A DNA stretch of 64,000 bases from a virus, in the IMG/VR virus record IMGVR_UViG_3300048815_000026, positions 5,311-69,310 of that record. One strand, given 5' to 3'. Position 1 is the stretch's first letter. Each line of letters begins with the position of its first letter. The position numbers and the translations under genes were made by a program. Below the pieces are notes generated by a model. It made no database searches. It saw only the letters and a program-made list of their open reading frames with translations, and was not told the origin of the DNA. Positions 46,046-55,790 of the stretch are shown here, piece after piece.

Positions 46046-48658
46046 CTACTGCACACTCGTGGCATTGGCGGCAATCTCTTCCGCCTTGGCTCCCAAATTC
46101 GCTACTTCCGTCAACGCCGCTACTTGCCCCTGCACGCTCTCCCCAGGAGGCAACGCCGGCATCGCCCCAATCTGCATCAACTGCGCAATCGCTGGACCAC
46201 TGGCCCGCCGAATCATCGCCAACTCGTTCGCCTGATCCGGCGACAACTGCGGCGGAGGCGGTGGCGGAGGCGTCGCCGCCACCTTCCCCGCACCCACAGC
46301 CGTGCCCTGCTGCTGCGCCTGCTGCGCCAGGTCCGCCGTCTGCATGGCCACCAGCTGCGTGTAGTAGGCCATCATGTTCGCCCAGCCATCCGGCACCTCG
46401 TCCTCCAGGTCGAAATTCTTCTGCGCGTACTGCTTCACCGTCTTCCTGGCTACATCGAAGTCGTCCGTCTGCTTGGGCATGATCGACGGCAGCATCACTC
46501 CAGTCGGCTGGCCGGTCTGCGGATCCATCTGCGGAATCGGCTCCGCCTGCAGCAGCTGCGCAATAATCTGCCGCACCTTCACTCGCATCGCCTGGCCCGG
46601 AACCACCATCCCAGGAACCCCAATCGATGCCGCCGCCTGCTCCATGTTTTCGGGATCGTCAAACACCGCCTGCGCCACGGGATTCTTCTCCGCCGCGTTC
46701 AGCAGATCCATCCACCGCTGCCGCAACTCCGCCGCCGTGACCGGTAAACCCTGGTCAGTGTCCGAGTAAGCACGCACGCTGCCCTGCAAATCATCCAACT
46801 TGACATACTCGTTCCTAAACTCCGACCCCTGGTCCTCCACTACCTTGCGCATGTCCTCCGTCAAGTTGTCCTTGGCGCAGTTCACCGCCAGCATGTCCGC
46901 CTCGGCATGCTCATCCTTCAGGTTTTCCCAGTAGATATTCAGCTTGCCCAGCGCCGTGTTCAGCTGCTGCTGCTGCCCGCCAAAGGTCTCGATCGACGGA
47001 TCGCCCTCGCCTCCATACAGCTGCGGTGGCACCCCGGCAAACATCTGCGCATTGAAGGCCTGGTTCTTCTGGTACTCCATCGCCTCCTGAATCTTCAGCT
47101 CGATCTCGAACTGCCACAGCGCATCCTGCAGCCGCTGCGAACCCGGAGGCCCCGTCTTCTTCAACTTCACCGGGTTCAGAATCCCCGGCAGCAACGGCTT
47201 GCCTTGAAACGCCTTCGACCCGATCAGATCCTCGTTGGCCAGCAACAGCCCGCAGAACCCGCGGTCAATGCCCTCCTGCAAGATGTTCGACAGGTCGTTG
47301 TACTTCTTCTGGAACGGCACCACCACGTCACCCGGGGTCGGCGGATACATGCCAAACTTCTCGTGCGTCCCCGCCCATGTCCACTCCTTCGTCAGCGACG
47401 CTTCGCGCGCATTCAGGAACGTCTGCCCCGTCGAAACCAGCAACATCCCCGAAGGGAACATTGCCCGCATCCGGTCCCCAAACGCCTTGTCGTTCTCGAT
47501 ATCCCACGCCCAAGGCTGAATCCAGGTCCGCGACAGCGTCGGCTTCTGGTCGTTCAGAATCGAAATCTGCCCGTCCGTCTGCGAGTACGTTTGCTGCCGC
47601 GCAATCCGATCAATGGTTCCGTTGGCCGAGAGCTCCGACGTTGCCGAAGCCTGGATCTGGTCATACATCCCCGGGTAAGCCGCTCGTAGCGCCCCAACAT
47701 GCACCTCCACCTCGAGATTTAGGATGGGCGTCTGCCGCAGCTTCTGCGCCGTGGGATCCACATCGATCTCCAGCGGCGAATACAAATCCTGCGCCACCAT
47801 CCCCTGCGGCACTTCCTGCGTGCCCACCTGGCGCACCACCGGCCCACTCACCGCTGGATAGAACGAATCCTCGCCCATCCCGGCGCCGCAGTTAGGGCAA
47901 GCCAGGTTGCCTACCGCCGGCGTGATTCCGGTCGCATCGGGAGAACTATCCGTCCCGCAACCATGGCAATGCATCCGCGCCGGCATGATCTCCGTCTCGG
48001 TAGCATTGAAGATCGGCTCCGGCTTGGTCCCCCAGCGCTCCTCGCTCACCAGGTAGCGCGTGTGCCGAAACGCCGCGCCCATGGCCCAGAAGTAAAGCAG
48101 CTGCGCCTTCAACAGCGACGCCTCGCCGTTCTGCTGCTCCACAATGTCGATCAGCGTTTGCGCCGCCTTGGCCGTGGTCGTATCAGCCAGCTGGTCGGCA
48201 TCCCGCGGCATCCACTTCGATTTCGGCACCTGCGGACACAACGCGGCCACAAACCCCGTGGCCAGCATCTGGTAAAAGTTGTTGCAGTAGCGATAGAGGT
48301 CAGTGTCGTCGGCGTCCTCCGCATGCCCATTCCCACCGCCAAAGCCCACCCAGTCGAAGGCATCGGAGAACTGCGCCGTCCCCGGCCCAAAGCTGATGTA
48401 CTGGTTGCCCTTGAAGAACTCCATGTTCTCCGAGCACCGCTGCATCAAAATCAGCCGGTTTTGCGACCACTGATCTTTGTACTGGCGCACCACTCCGATG
48501 CACCGCTGCTGATCCTCTTCGCTCAGCTGCCCGCTATTCTGCGGCTCGTTCGCCGTGCCCACCATGGGATCGGAGGGAGTATGCTCCTGGCCCTGCTGCG
48601 GAGGCGTCTGTGGGAACAATTGCGATGTCTGGGTCAGATCAAGTCCGGCTGTCGCCAA
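46046..48658 (-). CDS. portal protein
   Basis: 870 aa; FFKGNQY, SPLEIDVDP, PFQKKYN; Q/P-rich C-terminus. Confidence 0.8.
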   Translation of the reverse strand: MATAGLDLTQTSQLFPQTPPQQGQEHTPSDPMVGTANEPQNSGQLSEEDQQRCIGVVRQYKDQWSQNRLILMQRCSENMEFFKGNQYISFGPGTAQFSDAFDWVGFGGGNGHAEDADDTDLYRYCNNFYQMLATGFVAALCPQVPKSKWMPRDADQLADTTTAKAAQTLIDIVEQQNGEASLLKAQLLYFWAMGAAFRHTRYLVSEERWGTKPEPIFNATETEIMPARMHCHGCGTDSSPDATGITPAVGNLACPNCGAGMGEDSFYPAVSGPVVRQVGTQEVPQGMVAQDLYSPLEIDVDPTAQKLRQTPILNLEVEVHVGALRAAYPGMYDQIQASATSELSANGTIDRIARQQTYSQTDGQISILNDQKPTLSRTWIQPWAWDIENDKAFGDRMRAMFPSGMLLVSTGQTFLNAREASLTKEWTWAGTHEKFGMYPPTPGDVVVPFQKKYNDLSNILQEGIDRGFCGLLLANEDLIGSKAFQGKPLLPGILNPVKLKKTGPPGSQRLQDALWQFEIELKIQEAMEYQKNQAFNAQMFAGVPPQLYGGEGDPSIETFGGQQQQLNTALGKLNIYWENLKDEHAEADMLAVNCAKDNLTEDMRKVVEDQGSEFRNEYVKLDDLQGSVRAYSDTDQGLPVTAAELRQRWMDLLNAAEKNPVAQAVFDDPENMEQAAASIGVPGMVVPGQAMRVKVRQIIAQLLQAEPIPQMDPQTGQPTGVMLPSIMPKQTDDFDVARKTVKQYAQKNFDLEDEVPDGWANMMAYYTQLVAMQTADLAQQAQQQGTAVGAGKVAATPPPPPPPQLSPDQANELAMIRRASGPAIAQLMQIGAMPALPPGESVQGQVAALTEVANLGAKAEEIAANATSVQ

Positions 48659-48659
48659 G

Positions 48660-49085
48660 CTATGCCTGTTTCCTTCCCTGTTTCACGCCGTTTTCCTCAG
48701 CTTCTGCAAACATCGCAGCAAGTTTAGGGTTTTCCGGCTCGCCCTCGGCCACCCACTTCACCGTCGGACCCACCTTCGCCTTGTTGTGCTCCCGCCAATT
48801 CCGCCGCGTGAGCGCTTCGGCCAGCTTCGACGGCCGCCGCTTCAACGCCAGCAACCGCTGAATCACCGACTCCGCATCCTTCTCCGGATCCGGCTCCGGC
48901 TCCTGTTCCGCTACCTCGATCTCTGCCGGCGGCTGATGAAACAGCGGCCCGCCCAGGCCAATCGCGCCCAGGCGGTCATAGACCACCTTCCGCTCCTCCC
49001 GCATCTCGGCAATCTGCGCCTGCAACAGCGACACAATCACCTCGTGCATGGATCGCGAAACCCAAGGCCACTTCACTAGTTGCAA
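48660..49085 (-). CDS. hypothetical protein
   Basis: Coupled to portal gene. Confidence 0.65.
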   Translation of the reverse strand: MQLVKWPWVSRSMHEVIVSLLQAQIAEMREERKVVYDRLGAIGLGGPLFHQPPAEIEVAEQEPEPDPEKDAESVIQRLLALKRRPSKLAEALTRRNWREHNKAKVGPTVKWVAEGEPENPKLAAMFAEAEENGVKQGRKQA

Positions 49086-49984
49086 GTCACCGAGAACACG
49101 TAAGCGGTCGAAGCCGTCGGCGCGGCCGCCACGGCAAAGGTCGCAACCCCGCCCGAGGAGCTAAAGGTGATCGCGCCGGTGAATGCGTTCGCCCCAATGC
49201 TCTGCGGAAGCGTGCAGTTCACCGCCCGGCTCAACGCCGGCGCCGTCACCGTCTCCGTGAACAGCGTCCCCGTGGTGGTCGCCGTCCCCGTGGTCACATT
49301 CGCAACCATCACGTTTCCATTGGACCCGGAAGCATTCGACACCGTCGGCGACGTGCCCGCGGCCGCGCCTGCGGCGATCGTCGGCACCGCCGTGCCCAGA
49401 ATCGAGTAGCTCGAGACGTAGTGCGTCCCATTCCACCCATAAGCCACCTCCGGCGCGAAGTTCACCGCCGAGATATCGGTGTTGGCGTTGCCGGCCGCGG
49501 AGTAGATGATCGTCGACGTCCCACCCGCCTGGAACCAATTCGTGTCCAGAAGCACGGTGTTGATCTGGTTGCTCAGCACCGAGGCATTGAGCGCCTCCTG
49601 CAGCCCATAGGTGCCCGACTGGAAGAAATAGGGCGAGGTGTGCGCATTGCTGGTGGTCAGCGTGGCCGTGCAGCCGCCGTTGGTGATGCTGGTCGGCGTG
49701 ATGATCTCATCCACCGCCGCATTGCCCGGGTCGACAACCTTGATCGGCGTCGAGGCCACAAACACCGGGATGTTCGGCGCCCCGCCAGCCGCATAGCTGC
49801 AAGGGTTGACCGAAACCACGTTCGCGCCGGCCACCAGGTTGGTGTTGCTGTACGGCCCCGACTGCGGCAAGGCGTGCCAGTTGTTGAACTGCGAAGCCAC
49901 AAACTGGTGCGTGATCGACTGCGCATGACCGGCCGCGGCCGCCACGCACAGAGCTGCGAGAACAATCTTCCGAATCATGTGCAT
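49076..49984 (-). CDS. signal-peptide fibre-like protein (short paralog)
   Basis: GHAQ signal; SGTYGLQEAL motif shared with 39722 and 51119 proteins. Confidence 0.7.
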   Translation of the reverse strand: MHMIRKIVLAALCVAAAAGHAQSITHQFVASQFNNWHALPQSGPYSNTNLVAGANVVSVNPCSYAAGGAPNIPVFVASTPIKVVDPGNAAVDEIITPTSITNGGCTATLTTSNAHTSPYFFQSGTYGLQEALNASVLSNQINTVLLDTNWFQAGGTSTIIYSAAGNANTDISAVNFAPEVAYGWNGTHYVSSYSILGTAVPTIAAGAAAGTSPTVSNASGSNGNVMVANVTTGTATTTGTLFTETVTAPALSRAVNCTLPQSIGANAFTGAITFSSSGGVATFAVAAAPTASTAYVFSVTCN

Positions 49985-50021
49985 TCTCCTATTTTGGATT
50001 TCTGCTGAAGCTACTACTTTG

Positions 50022-51143
50022 TTACCGAGTGACGTTCATCTGCCAATTGACATAGTCGACGTACATGAGGTTGCTCGAAGCGGTGCCCCCGGTCGCGCTC
50101 CAGGACATCAGCATCGCTGAGCTGGTGATGCTCGCAAGCGCCGTCTTGCACGCAGTCGCCTCCGTCCCGTTGATGTACCAGTGAACATAGGTGCCATCGT
50201 TGTGCAGAGACAGGCGGACGAAGGTCGCGGCAGTGGCTCCGATCGTCGAGTCAGTCAAGGTGCCGGCATTGTTGCAATACCAGTCGTTCGGCGTGCCGTT
50301 GGCCGAGGAAAGATCGAAGCTGACGGTAGCCACCCATGGGCTGGCTGCCTCCTGCAAAACCAATCCCGCCTGATACTGGCCCGCAGTCGTGCCGGGGAGC
50401 ACCACCACGTCAACATCCGTCTCATAGGTCCAGAGCGGCGTCGCGCCGTTGCCAATGATGGACCTCTGCAGGGTGTTGCTGATCGAACAAGCCTCGCCCG
50501 TGTTTGAACTCGCTGTCCCGGAGGCCACCGATAAGAGCCCCGGGTGATTCGCATTCGTGTTTGGGGTCAAAATTGAACATCCAGCGGCCGTGGGAGAGCC
50601 GATAGCATTGCCGCTGATGTCTGCAGTGGAGTAAAAGTCGTTCCAGTAGGTGCTGTAGGGTCCGGCCGAAATCGACTGCGAGTAAAACGCCGGCGCCGTC
50701 TGCGCCGCGGTGAACGCCGTGGTATTTGCCGGGATGCTCGCGACCACATTCGCCGTCGTCGCCACCTGCGTCGTATTGGTCCCTGCGCTCGCGGTCGGCG
50801 CCGTGGGCGTCCCGGTCAGCGCCGGCGAAGCCAGAGGCGCCGCCCCTGTCACCTCCCCCACCGAATAATCTCCCGAGTTCGCCACCACATCGCCGGTGCG
50901 CGTAAACACTGAAGTTACCGGAGCCGACGCGCTGCACGACGCCGGTGCCCATGCCGTGCCGTTATAAACCAGGCAGTAGTTCGTGGTGGGCAGGGTGGCC
51001 GACACGGGCACACTCTGCAGTGCCGTCGCGTTGCCCGTAGATACCCCCGGCACACCCCCAGGCCCCGTCTGCTGGCCAAACGCCATCGCGCCGCTCAGCA
51101 CCGCCATCAGAACGCAAATTACTGCGTACATCCGTACCCCCAT
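50022..51143 (-). CDS. signal-peptide fibre/lectin-like protein
   Basis: AFGQ signal; VTSVFTRTGDVVA and APLASPALTGTPTAPT fibre repeats. Confidence 0.7.
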   Translation of the reverse strand: MGVRMYAVICVLMAVLSGAMAFGQQTGPGGVPGVSTGNATALQSVPVSATLPTTNYCLVYNGTAWAPASCSASAPVTSVFTRTGDVVANSGDYSVGEVTGAAPLASPALTGTPTAPTASAGTNTTQVATTANVVASIPANTTAFTAAQTAPAFYSQSISAGPYSTYWNDFYSTADISGNAIGSPTAAGCSILTPNTNANHPGLLSVASGTASSNTGEACSISNTLQRSIIGNGATPLWTYETDVDVVVLPGTTAGQYQAGLVLQEAASPWVATVSFDLSSANGTPNDWYCNNAGTLTDSTIGATAATFVRLSLHNDGTYVHWYINGTEATACKTALASITSSAMLMSWSATGGTASSNLMYVDYVNWQMNVTR

Positions 51144-54127
51144 TCGTAAGCCGTTGCCCCCGCGAGCGCGGTCGCTCCCGCGCGGGCCGCGGCGGTGGTT
51201 CCCCCGGTGTCGATGTCAGCGGGAAAGATCTGCACCCCGGCCGTTCCCGTCAGAGCCTGCGTCGCGGCGTTGGCCGGCCACAGCCAGCACTTCGGCCCAG
51301 GGAAGCTGTACGGCTGGTTGAAGGTGATGGTGAAGACGATGGCCGAAGCGGTCGGACTCGCTCCGGTGGTGAGCGTGATGTATCCGGTTAGATCGCTCCC
51401 AAACGCGACAACCGCAGGACCGGTGGGGCTGGTGCCCGCGCCTGTCCCGGCAGCCGCCGTGGGTCCGCTTGGTACGCTCGAGCCGATGTGATACCCGCTC
51501 AGTAGAGCGCTCACTGACACCTGCTGCTGGAAGCTGAAGATGCATTGACTTGGGCAGGGGTAGATGAGGAAGTTGTCGGCAATGGCCGGGTTCGAGCCGG
51601 TGCCGACAGTCGTCCAGTTGAAGGCGGTCGAGAGCTGGTGCGTGCTCCCATTCCAATAGCTGACTTGAGGCCCGAAGCTGTTGGCGGGGGTGCCGAAGTT
51701 CGCCCCGCTGGTCGCGGTCCCGGTCGGAGGGATGAACAGCGTCGAGGGAGTGAAGTTGGTGACGTTGAGCGTGCCCACGTTGAGCGTCGAGGAAACGTAA
51801 TCGCCCATCGTCTCCCCGCATGTCACGTCATTGCCCAGCACGGAAAGCCCCGCCGGCACCTTGGCCGCGTAGTCGGACGGGGACACAATCGGACCCGTGG
51901 GCGTCAGAAACTCATGCCAGTCGACCGGTTCGCCCCCGCCCGGATTGGCCGAGCACAGCGATCCGGACGCTCCGATGGTGACCGCCCGCAGCACGGTCGG
52001 CGCCGGAGTGAAGCAGTACGTCGACGATCCCGGCAGCAGGCGATCCCCGCCGATATAGGCGTTGGTGCCCTCAAACGACGTGCCCTCCGCGTCGAATGGC
52101 TGGGTAACGATGAACCCGCATCCCCCAACATCGTCAATCTCCGTGGCCACCAGGTGTATGCCGCCAGTGGTGACGACGCCGTTGAACACTACGGAGGGAT
52201 GGAAATGGATAAACGTATCGTTGCCCCCGCCCCCCTGGAATGCGGCGATGCTGCCGTCGTAGGAGACGACGTCTTTCGCCGTCGAGTCCGAAGCGTTCAT
52301 GATCATGCCGTAGTTCACATTCGGCGTCTGGTAAACCTGTACGCCGATGACCCCGCTGCAGGTGGCTCCCGTGCCTGCCCCGGGCGTGATCGCCGTGACC
52401 GCATGGCCTACGATGGTCACTGTCGGGGGATCCGGCATCGTTCCGCAGGGCGTATTGTGCGCGCCCCCACGGCTGCCCTGCAGCGCGACCACGGTCAACT
52501 CCACGCTGCCGGCGTAGGTGTTGTAGCAATCGCCACCGCTGTTGACGGTGTACGACGTGATTGCCCCGCCCACCACGTTCGCGGTGAAGGTTCCGCAATT
52601 CTGAGTGCCAGAGTCGGGGTATACCCCGATGTTGATGTCGGTGGGGAAGACCTGGAAAGCGTCACCGCCGAAGTGGCCAAACTCCAGGACGTGGTCCGCG
52701 CCTGGCTGCACATGGCCCACGGCTAGCTGGCGAAAATAACTCTGCCCCAGGGTGCCCAACTCGATGATCGCGGACGCCACTCCCCCACCATCGAGCGTCA
52801 TGTTGTCGATGTCCATCGACGTGAAGTTCGCGCCCCCGGTCGGCCGGTTGAAGAGGGGGATGTTCGCCGTCCCGCCGTAGACGATATACGTGCAGCCCGA
52901 CCCGCAGCCGCGCGCGCTCACCGAAAATTCGTCATCGAAACTGTTGCCGTCGACCGGCTGCCAGAAGCTGAGGTTCGACGTATAGTGCCCCGCCCCGAAC
53001 TCGATCATCGCACTCTGGTGGTTCTCCGACATGTACGCGACGGCGAAGTACCACGCGCAGTCGGCATTGGTCGAGGCCAGCGCGTGCGCGGTGTTCACCG
53101 GCAGGGGATACCAGACCCCCGAAAACGTGCCCGGGATGGTGGTGTGGTTGGTTGCGTTGAGCGCGATGTATGCGTTGCCGCTGTACGTCACCACCTGGCA
53201 CTCCGGGAAGTCGGTCGACGGGCTGCTGAAGGCGATGGGCGCGACGCCTACCCCGCCGTACGAGCTGAAGCCATCGACAAAGAAAACCTTGTTCGCGAAG
53301 TTGGTGTTGAAGGACGTGAAGAACGTGTTGTCGAGCGGCTGCTGCACATACTGTGTCGCCGGCGGGAACTGGTTCACGCTGTTCTGTGCGTGCACGTAGG
53401 CGTCGGTGGCCACCTTGGTCGAGGCGTCGCTGGGCGTCTGACTCACTGCCGCCGTGTTCGCGGGCAGATTGAGGGTGGCCGCCGCCTGGCCGGCGTTCCC
53501 GCTGGTCACCAACACGCCGCCCGTCGCCGGGATCGCCGCGCCCGTCCCCTGAGAAACATACTGCGAACCATTCCACCCGTACGCCGTATATGGCGTCGTG
53601 GTCACATCCACCAGCCCTAGACTCGTGCTGCCATGCACCGAGGCAATCACCGTCGCCGCCGACTGCGGAGCGATCAGCCCATACCACTCACTATTCAAAA
53701 TCACCGTGTTCGGGCCGCCGGCCTTCACCTGCCCATTGTTCAGCGCTTCCTGCAAACCGCCCGTGCCCGACGTTAGATAGAAGGGCAGCGCATGAATGTA
53801 CGTGGTCGCCATCGACACTGCGCACTGGCTGATGAACACCGCGGAAGGCGTCTGAAACTCGTTCAACGCTGGATTCGAATCGACAATCTTGACCGGCACG
53901 CCGGCCGTGAAGGCCGCAAAGTTCTTCCCCCCACCCACCACCTGGCACGTCGACGGCTCAAACTGCAGGCTCCCCACCGCAATGCCCGGTACCTGGAACT
54001 CGCCAAACTGGCTGGCAACAATCTGGCCCTCGACATTCTGCGCCTGCAGATGCGAAGCGCAAAACACGAGGGCCAGTCCCACCAGCAAGCGACGCAGCAA
54101 CCTAGTCGAACTCCGTGACGCGCACAA
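51119..54127 (-). CDS. signal-peptide tailspike-like protein
   Basis: HLQAQNVEGQ N-terminus and WGYGCTQ C-terminus paralogous to 39722 protein. Confidence 0.75.
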   Translation of the reverse strand: MCASRSSTRLLRRLLVGLALVFCASHLQAQNVEGQIVASQFGEFQVPGIAVGSLQFEPSTCQVVGGGKNFAAFTAGVPVKIVDSNPALNEFQTPSAVFISQCAVSMATTYIHALPFYLTSGTGGLQEALNNGQVKAGGPNTVILNSEWYGLIAPQSAATVIASVHGSTSLGLVDVTTTPYTAYGWNGSQYVSQGTGAAIPATGGVLVTSGNAGQAAATLNLPANTAAVSQTPSDASTKVATDAYVHAQNSVNQFPPATQYVQQPLDNTFFTSFNTNFANKVFFVDGFSSYGGVGVAPIAFSSPSTDFPECQVVTYSGNAYIALNATNHTTIPGTFSGVWYPLPVNTAHALASTNADCAWYFAVAYMSENHQSAMIEFGAGHYTSNLSFWQPVDGNSFDDEFSVSARGCGSGCTYIVYGGTANIPLFNRPTGGANFTSMDIDNMTLDGGGVASAIIELGTLGQSYFRQLAVGHVQPGADHVLEFGHFGGDAFQVFPTDINIGVYPDSGTQNCGTFTANVVGGAITSYTVNSGGDCYNTYAGSVELTVVALQGSRGGAHNTPCGTMPDPPTVTIVGHAVTAITPGAGTGATCSGVIGVQVYQTPNVNYGMIMNASDSTAKDVVSYDGSIAAFQGGGGNDTFIHFHPSVVFNGVVTTGGIHLVATEIDDVGGCGFIVTQPFDAEGTSFEGTNAYIGGDRLLPGSSTYCFTPAPTVLRAVTIGASGSLCSANPGGGEPVDWHEFLTPTGPIVSPSDYAAKVPAGLSVLGNDVTCGETMGDYVSSTLNVGTLNVTNFTPSTLFIPPTGTATSGANFGTPANSFGPQVSYWNGSTHQLSTAFNWTTVGTGSNPAIADNFLIYPCPSQCIFSFQQQVSVSALLSGYHIGSSVPSGPTAAAGTGAGTSPTGPAVVAFGSDLTGYITLTTGASPTASAIVFTITFNQPYSFPGPKCWLWPANAATQALTGTAGVQIFPADIDTGGTTAAARAGATALAGATAYEWGYGCTQ

Positions 54128-54467
54128 TCGTCGTCAGCGCCGACGCCGAGCGCAAATTGATCAGCAGCGTGGCCGCAATCGCGTACCCGCCAGAGTTATC
54201 CGGCGGCGTGCCAATCACCATGCCGTATCCCTCGCCCTGCGGAATCGGCGTGCCCAGGATGATCGGCTCCGACTGCGGCTCGATGGTGTACGTGGTGGTA
54301 AAGGGCGTTGCCGAGCCATCGGCGAACTGATACGCCAGCCCCTGGCCAACGCCCCCGTTCGCGCTCCCGTCCTCGATCACCTCGACCCGCCGCGTTACCT
54401 GCGTCGCCGAAACCGCGACGAAGGCCCCGCCAGAGCCGTTCAAATTGATTAGTCGTGTGTGCGCCAT
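54102..54467 (-). CDS. hypothetical virion protein
   Basis: 121 aa beta-rich ORF. Confidence 0.65.
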   Translation of the reverse strand: MAHTRLINLNGSGGAFVAVSATQVTRRVEVIEDGSANGGVGQGLAYQFADGSATPFTTTYTIEPQSEPIILGTPIPQGEGYGMVIGTPPDNSGGYAIAATLLINLRSASALTTIVRVTEFD

Positions 54468-54471
54468 CTAA

Positions 54472-54516
54472 GCGGCCCCCGCGCGTAAAAGCATTTGTTT
54501 TTCCCTCGGTATCCGC
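54472..54516 (-). promoter_or_regulatory. 45-nt conserved hairpin motif copy 3
   Basis: Contains mini-ORF MLLRAGAA* whose TAG abuts ATG 54467. Confidence 0.65.
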
Positions 54517-54518
54517 AT

Positions 54519-54704
54519 CTACTTCCCGCCTTTGTTCATGCTCATCAGCGTCTGCGCCAGGCGCGCCCGCCGGCCCATCTTGCCGCCGGCCGACGCCTTC
54601 TCGTCCGCATACTCCGCCGTCGACTCGCCCGCCTTCTTGGCCGCGGCCGAGAAACTGCCCTTATTCTTCGAGGTCGCCTTCTCGATCCAGTCCTTGCTTC
54701 CCAT
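54519..54704 (-). CDS. small basic conserved phage protein
   Basis: WIEKA..KGSF..GRRARLAQTL. Confidence 0.7.
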   Translation of the reverse strand: MGSKDWIEKATSKNKGSFSAAAKKAGESTAEYADEKASAGGKMGRRARLAQTLMSMNKGGK

Positions 54705-54717
54705 CTGCCCCTCCGCG

Positions 54718-55041
54718 TTACAGCACGTAACTCTTCTTCAACTGCTCATCGAGCGCCACCAGCGCATCCCAATCCGCATGCAACTTTTCCACATAGGAGA
54801 AGAAATCCTCCCCCTGCGCCCGCCGGGCCATCGCGATATCCGCCTTCACGGTGGCGATCTCTGCCCGCTCATAGACGGCGTAGTCAACATCCGCGTCCCA
54901 CATCGGCATCTTGTCTGCGACCGCAGCCACGAATTGCTTGCCCTCGATCGTCGGATCCGCGACTATGTAAAAATGCGAGCGCACGTGTACCGCGCACCCC
55001 GTCAGCAACAGCGATGCGGCGAACGCCAGGCGCTTGGTCAT
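54718..55041 (-). CDS. lipoprotein (spanin-like)
   Basis: LLLTGC lipobox in lysis cluster. Confidence 0.6.
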   Translation of the reverse strand: MTKRLAFAASLLLTGCAVHVRSHFYIVADPTIEGKQFVAAVADKMPMWDADVDYAVYERAEIATVKADIAMARRAQGEDFFSYVEKLHADWDALVALDEQLKKSYVL

Positions 55042-55044
55042 TTT

Positions 55045-55419
55045 TCAGATCGCGCCAAACGCCTTCAGGATGATCACCGAGCCATCGATCCACGTTTGCA
55101 TCTGCGCCGTGGTCGGCGGGAGGATCCCCAGCTTCTGCGCGTCCTGCACCGCATAGGGCAGCAGCGAAGCCATCACCAGGGCCGCTTTCTGCTTCCCGGC
55201 CTTCTGCGCCCCGGCCGCGCCCGCCGACGCTTCCGCCGTCTTGATCAGCGTCTCTGTCATGTTCCACAAGGGTCCAAGCACGGGGAACATGATCGCCAGA
55301 CCAGGCTCGGCGACCTCCGCCACCTCTTCCGCCACCGGCGCGGCCTTCTCGGCCACCTTCCAGATGTCTTTGCCGAGCGCGCCGATCTTATCCAATACAG
55401 AAACAAACTTGCTGGTCAC
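55045..55419 (-). CDS. holin-like / lysis-cluster protein
   Basis: GTGA overlap; AEASAGAAGAQKAGKQKAALV. Confidence 0.55.
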   Translation of the reverse strand: MTSKFVSVLDKIGALGKDIWKVAEKAAPVAEEVAEVAEPGLAIMFPVLGPLWNMTETLIKTAEASAGAAGAQKAGKQKAALVMASLLPYAVQDAQKLGILPPTTAQMQTWIDGSVIILKAFGAI

Positions 55420-55622
55420 TGTTTTTTTTCCTCCGGATCCTGCTGGATCACGCCGATCCAAGCGCGGCAGAGGCTCGAAACCAGCGTCATCGCACCCGGC
55501 ACAGCCGCCTGCCACGCCTTCGGACTCTTGATGATGGCGAAGTAAGCCGAAACCGGCCCTGCCGTCGCCATCGTCGCGCTTAGAATCCCCGCTGTGGTTG
55601 TCTTCCAACCCTTAACGCTCAT
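55416..55622 (-). CDS. holin
   Basis: GWKTTTAGIL, two hydrophobic segments, charged tail. Confidence 0.6.
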   Translation of the reverse strand: MSVKGWKTTTAGILSATMATAGPVSAYFAIIKSPKAWQAAVPGAMTLVSSLCRAWIGVIQQDPEEKKQ

Positions 55623-55637
55623 GCTGCCGCCCTCCGC

Positions 55638-55790
55638 TCAAGAGTTATTTTGCTGGGTCAGATATTGCTTTGCTTCAAACCAGTTGATGATGGCCGTGTT
55701 CTCATCCGGCGGACACCAGCTGGAATTGAGCTTCATCTCGTAAATTTCGAACGCCTTGACCGCAATCTGCTCGTGCGTGGGTTCCCTCAT
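55638..55790 (-). CDS. DUF2934-like protein (50 aa)
   Basis: PTHEQIAVKAFEIYE...NWFEAK; read by hand. Confidence 0.65.
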   Translation of the reverse strand: MREPTHEQIAVKAFEIYEMKLNSSWCPPDENTAIINWFEAKQYLTQQNNS

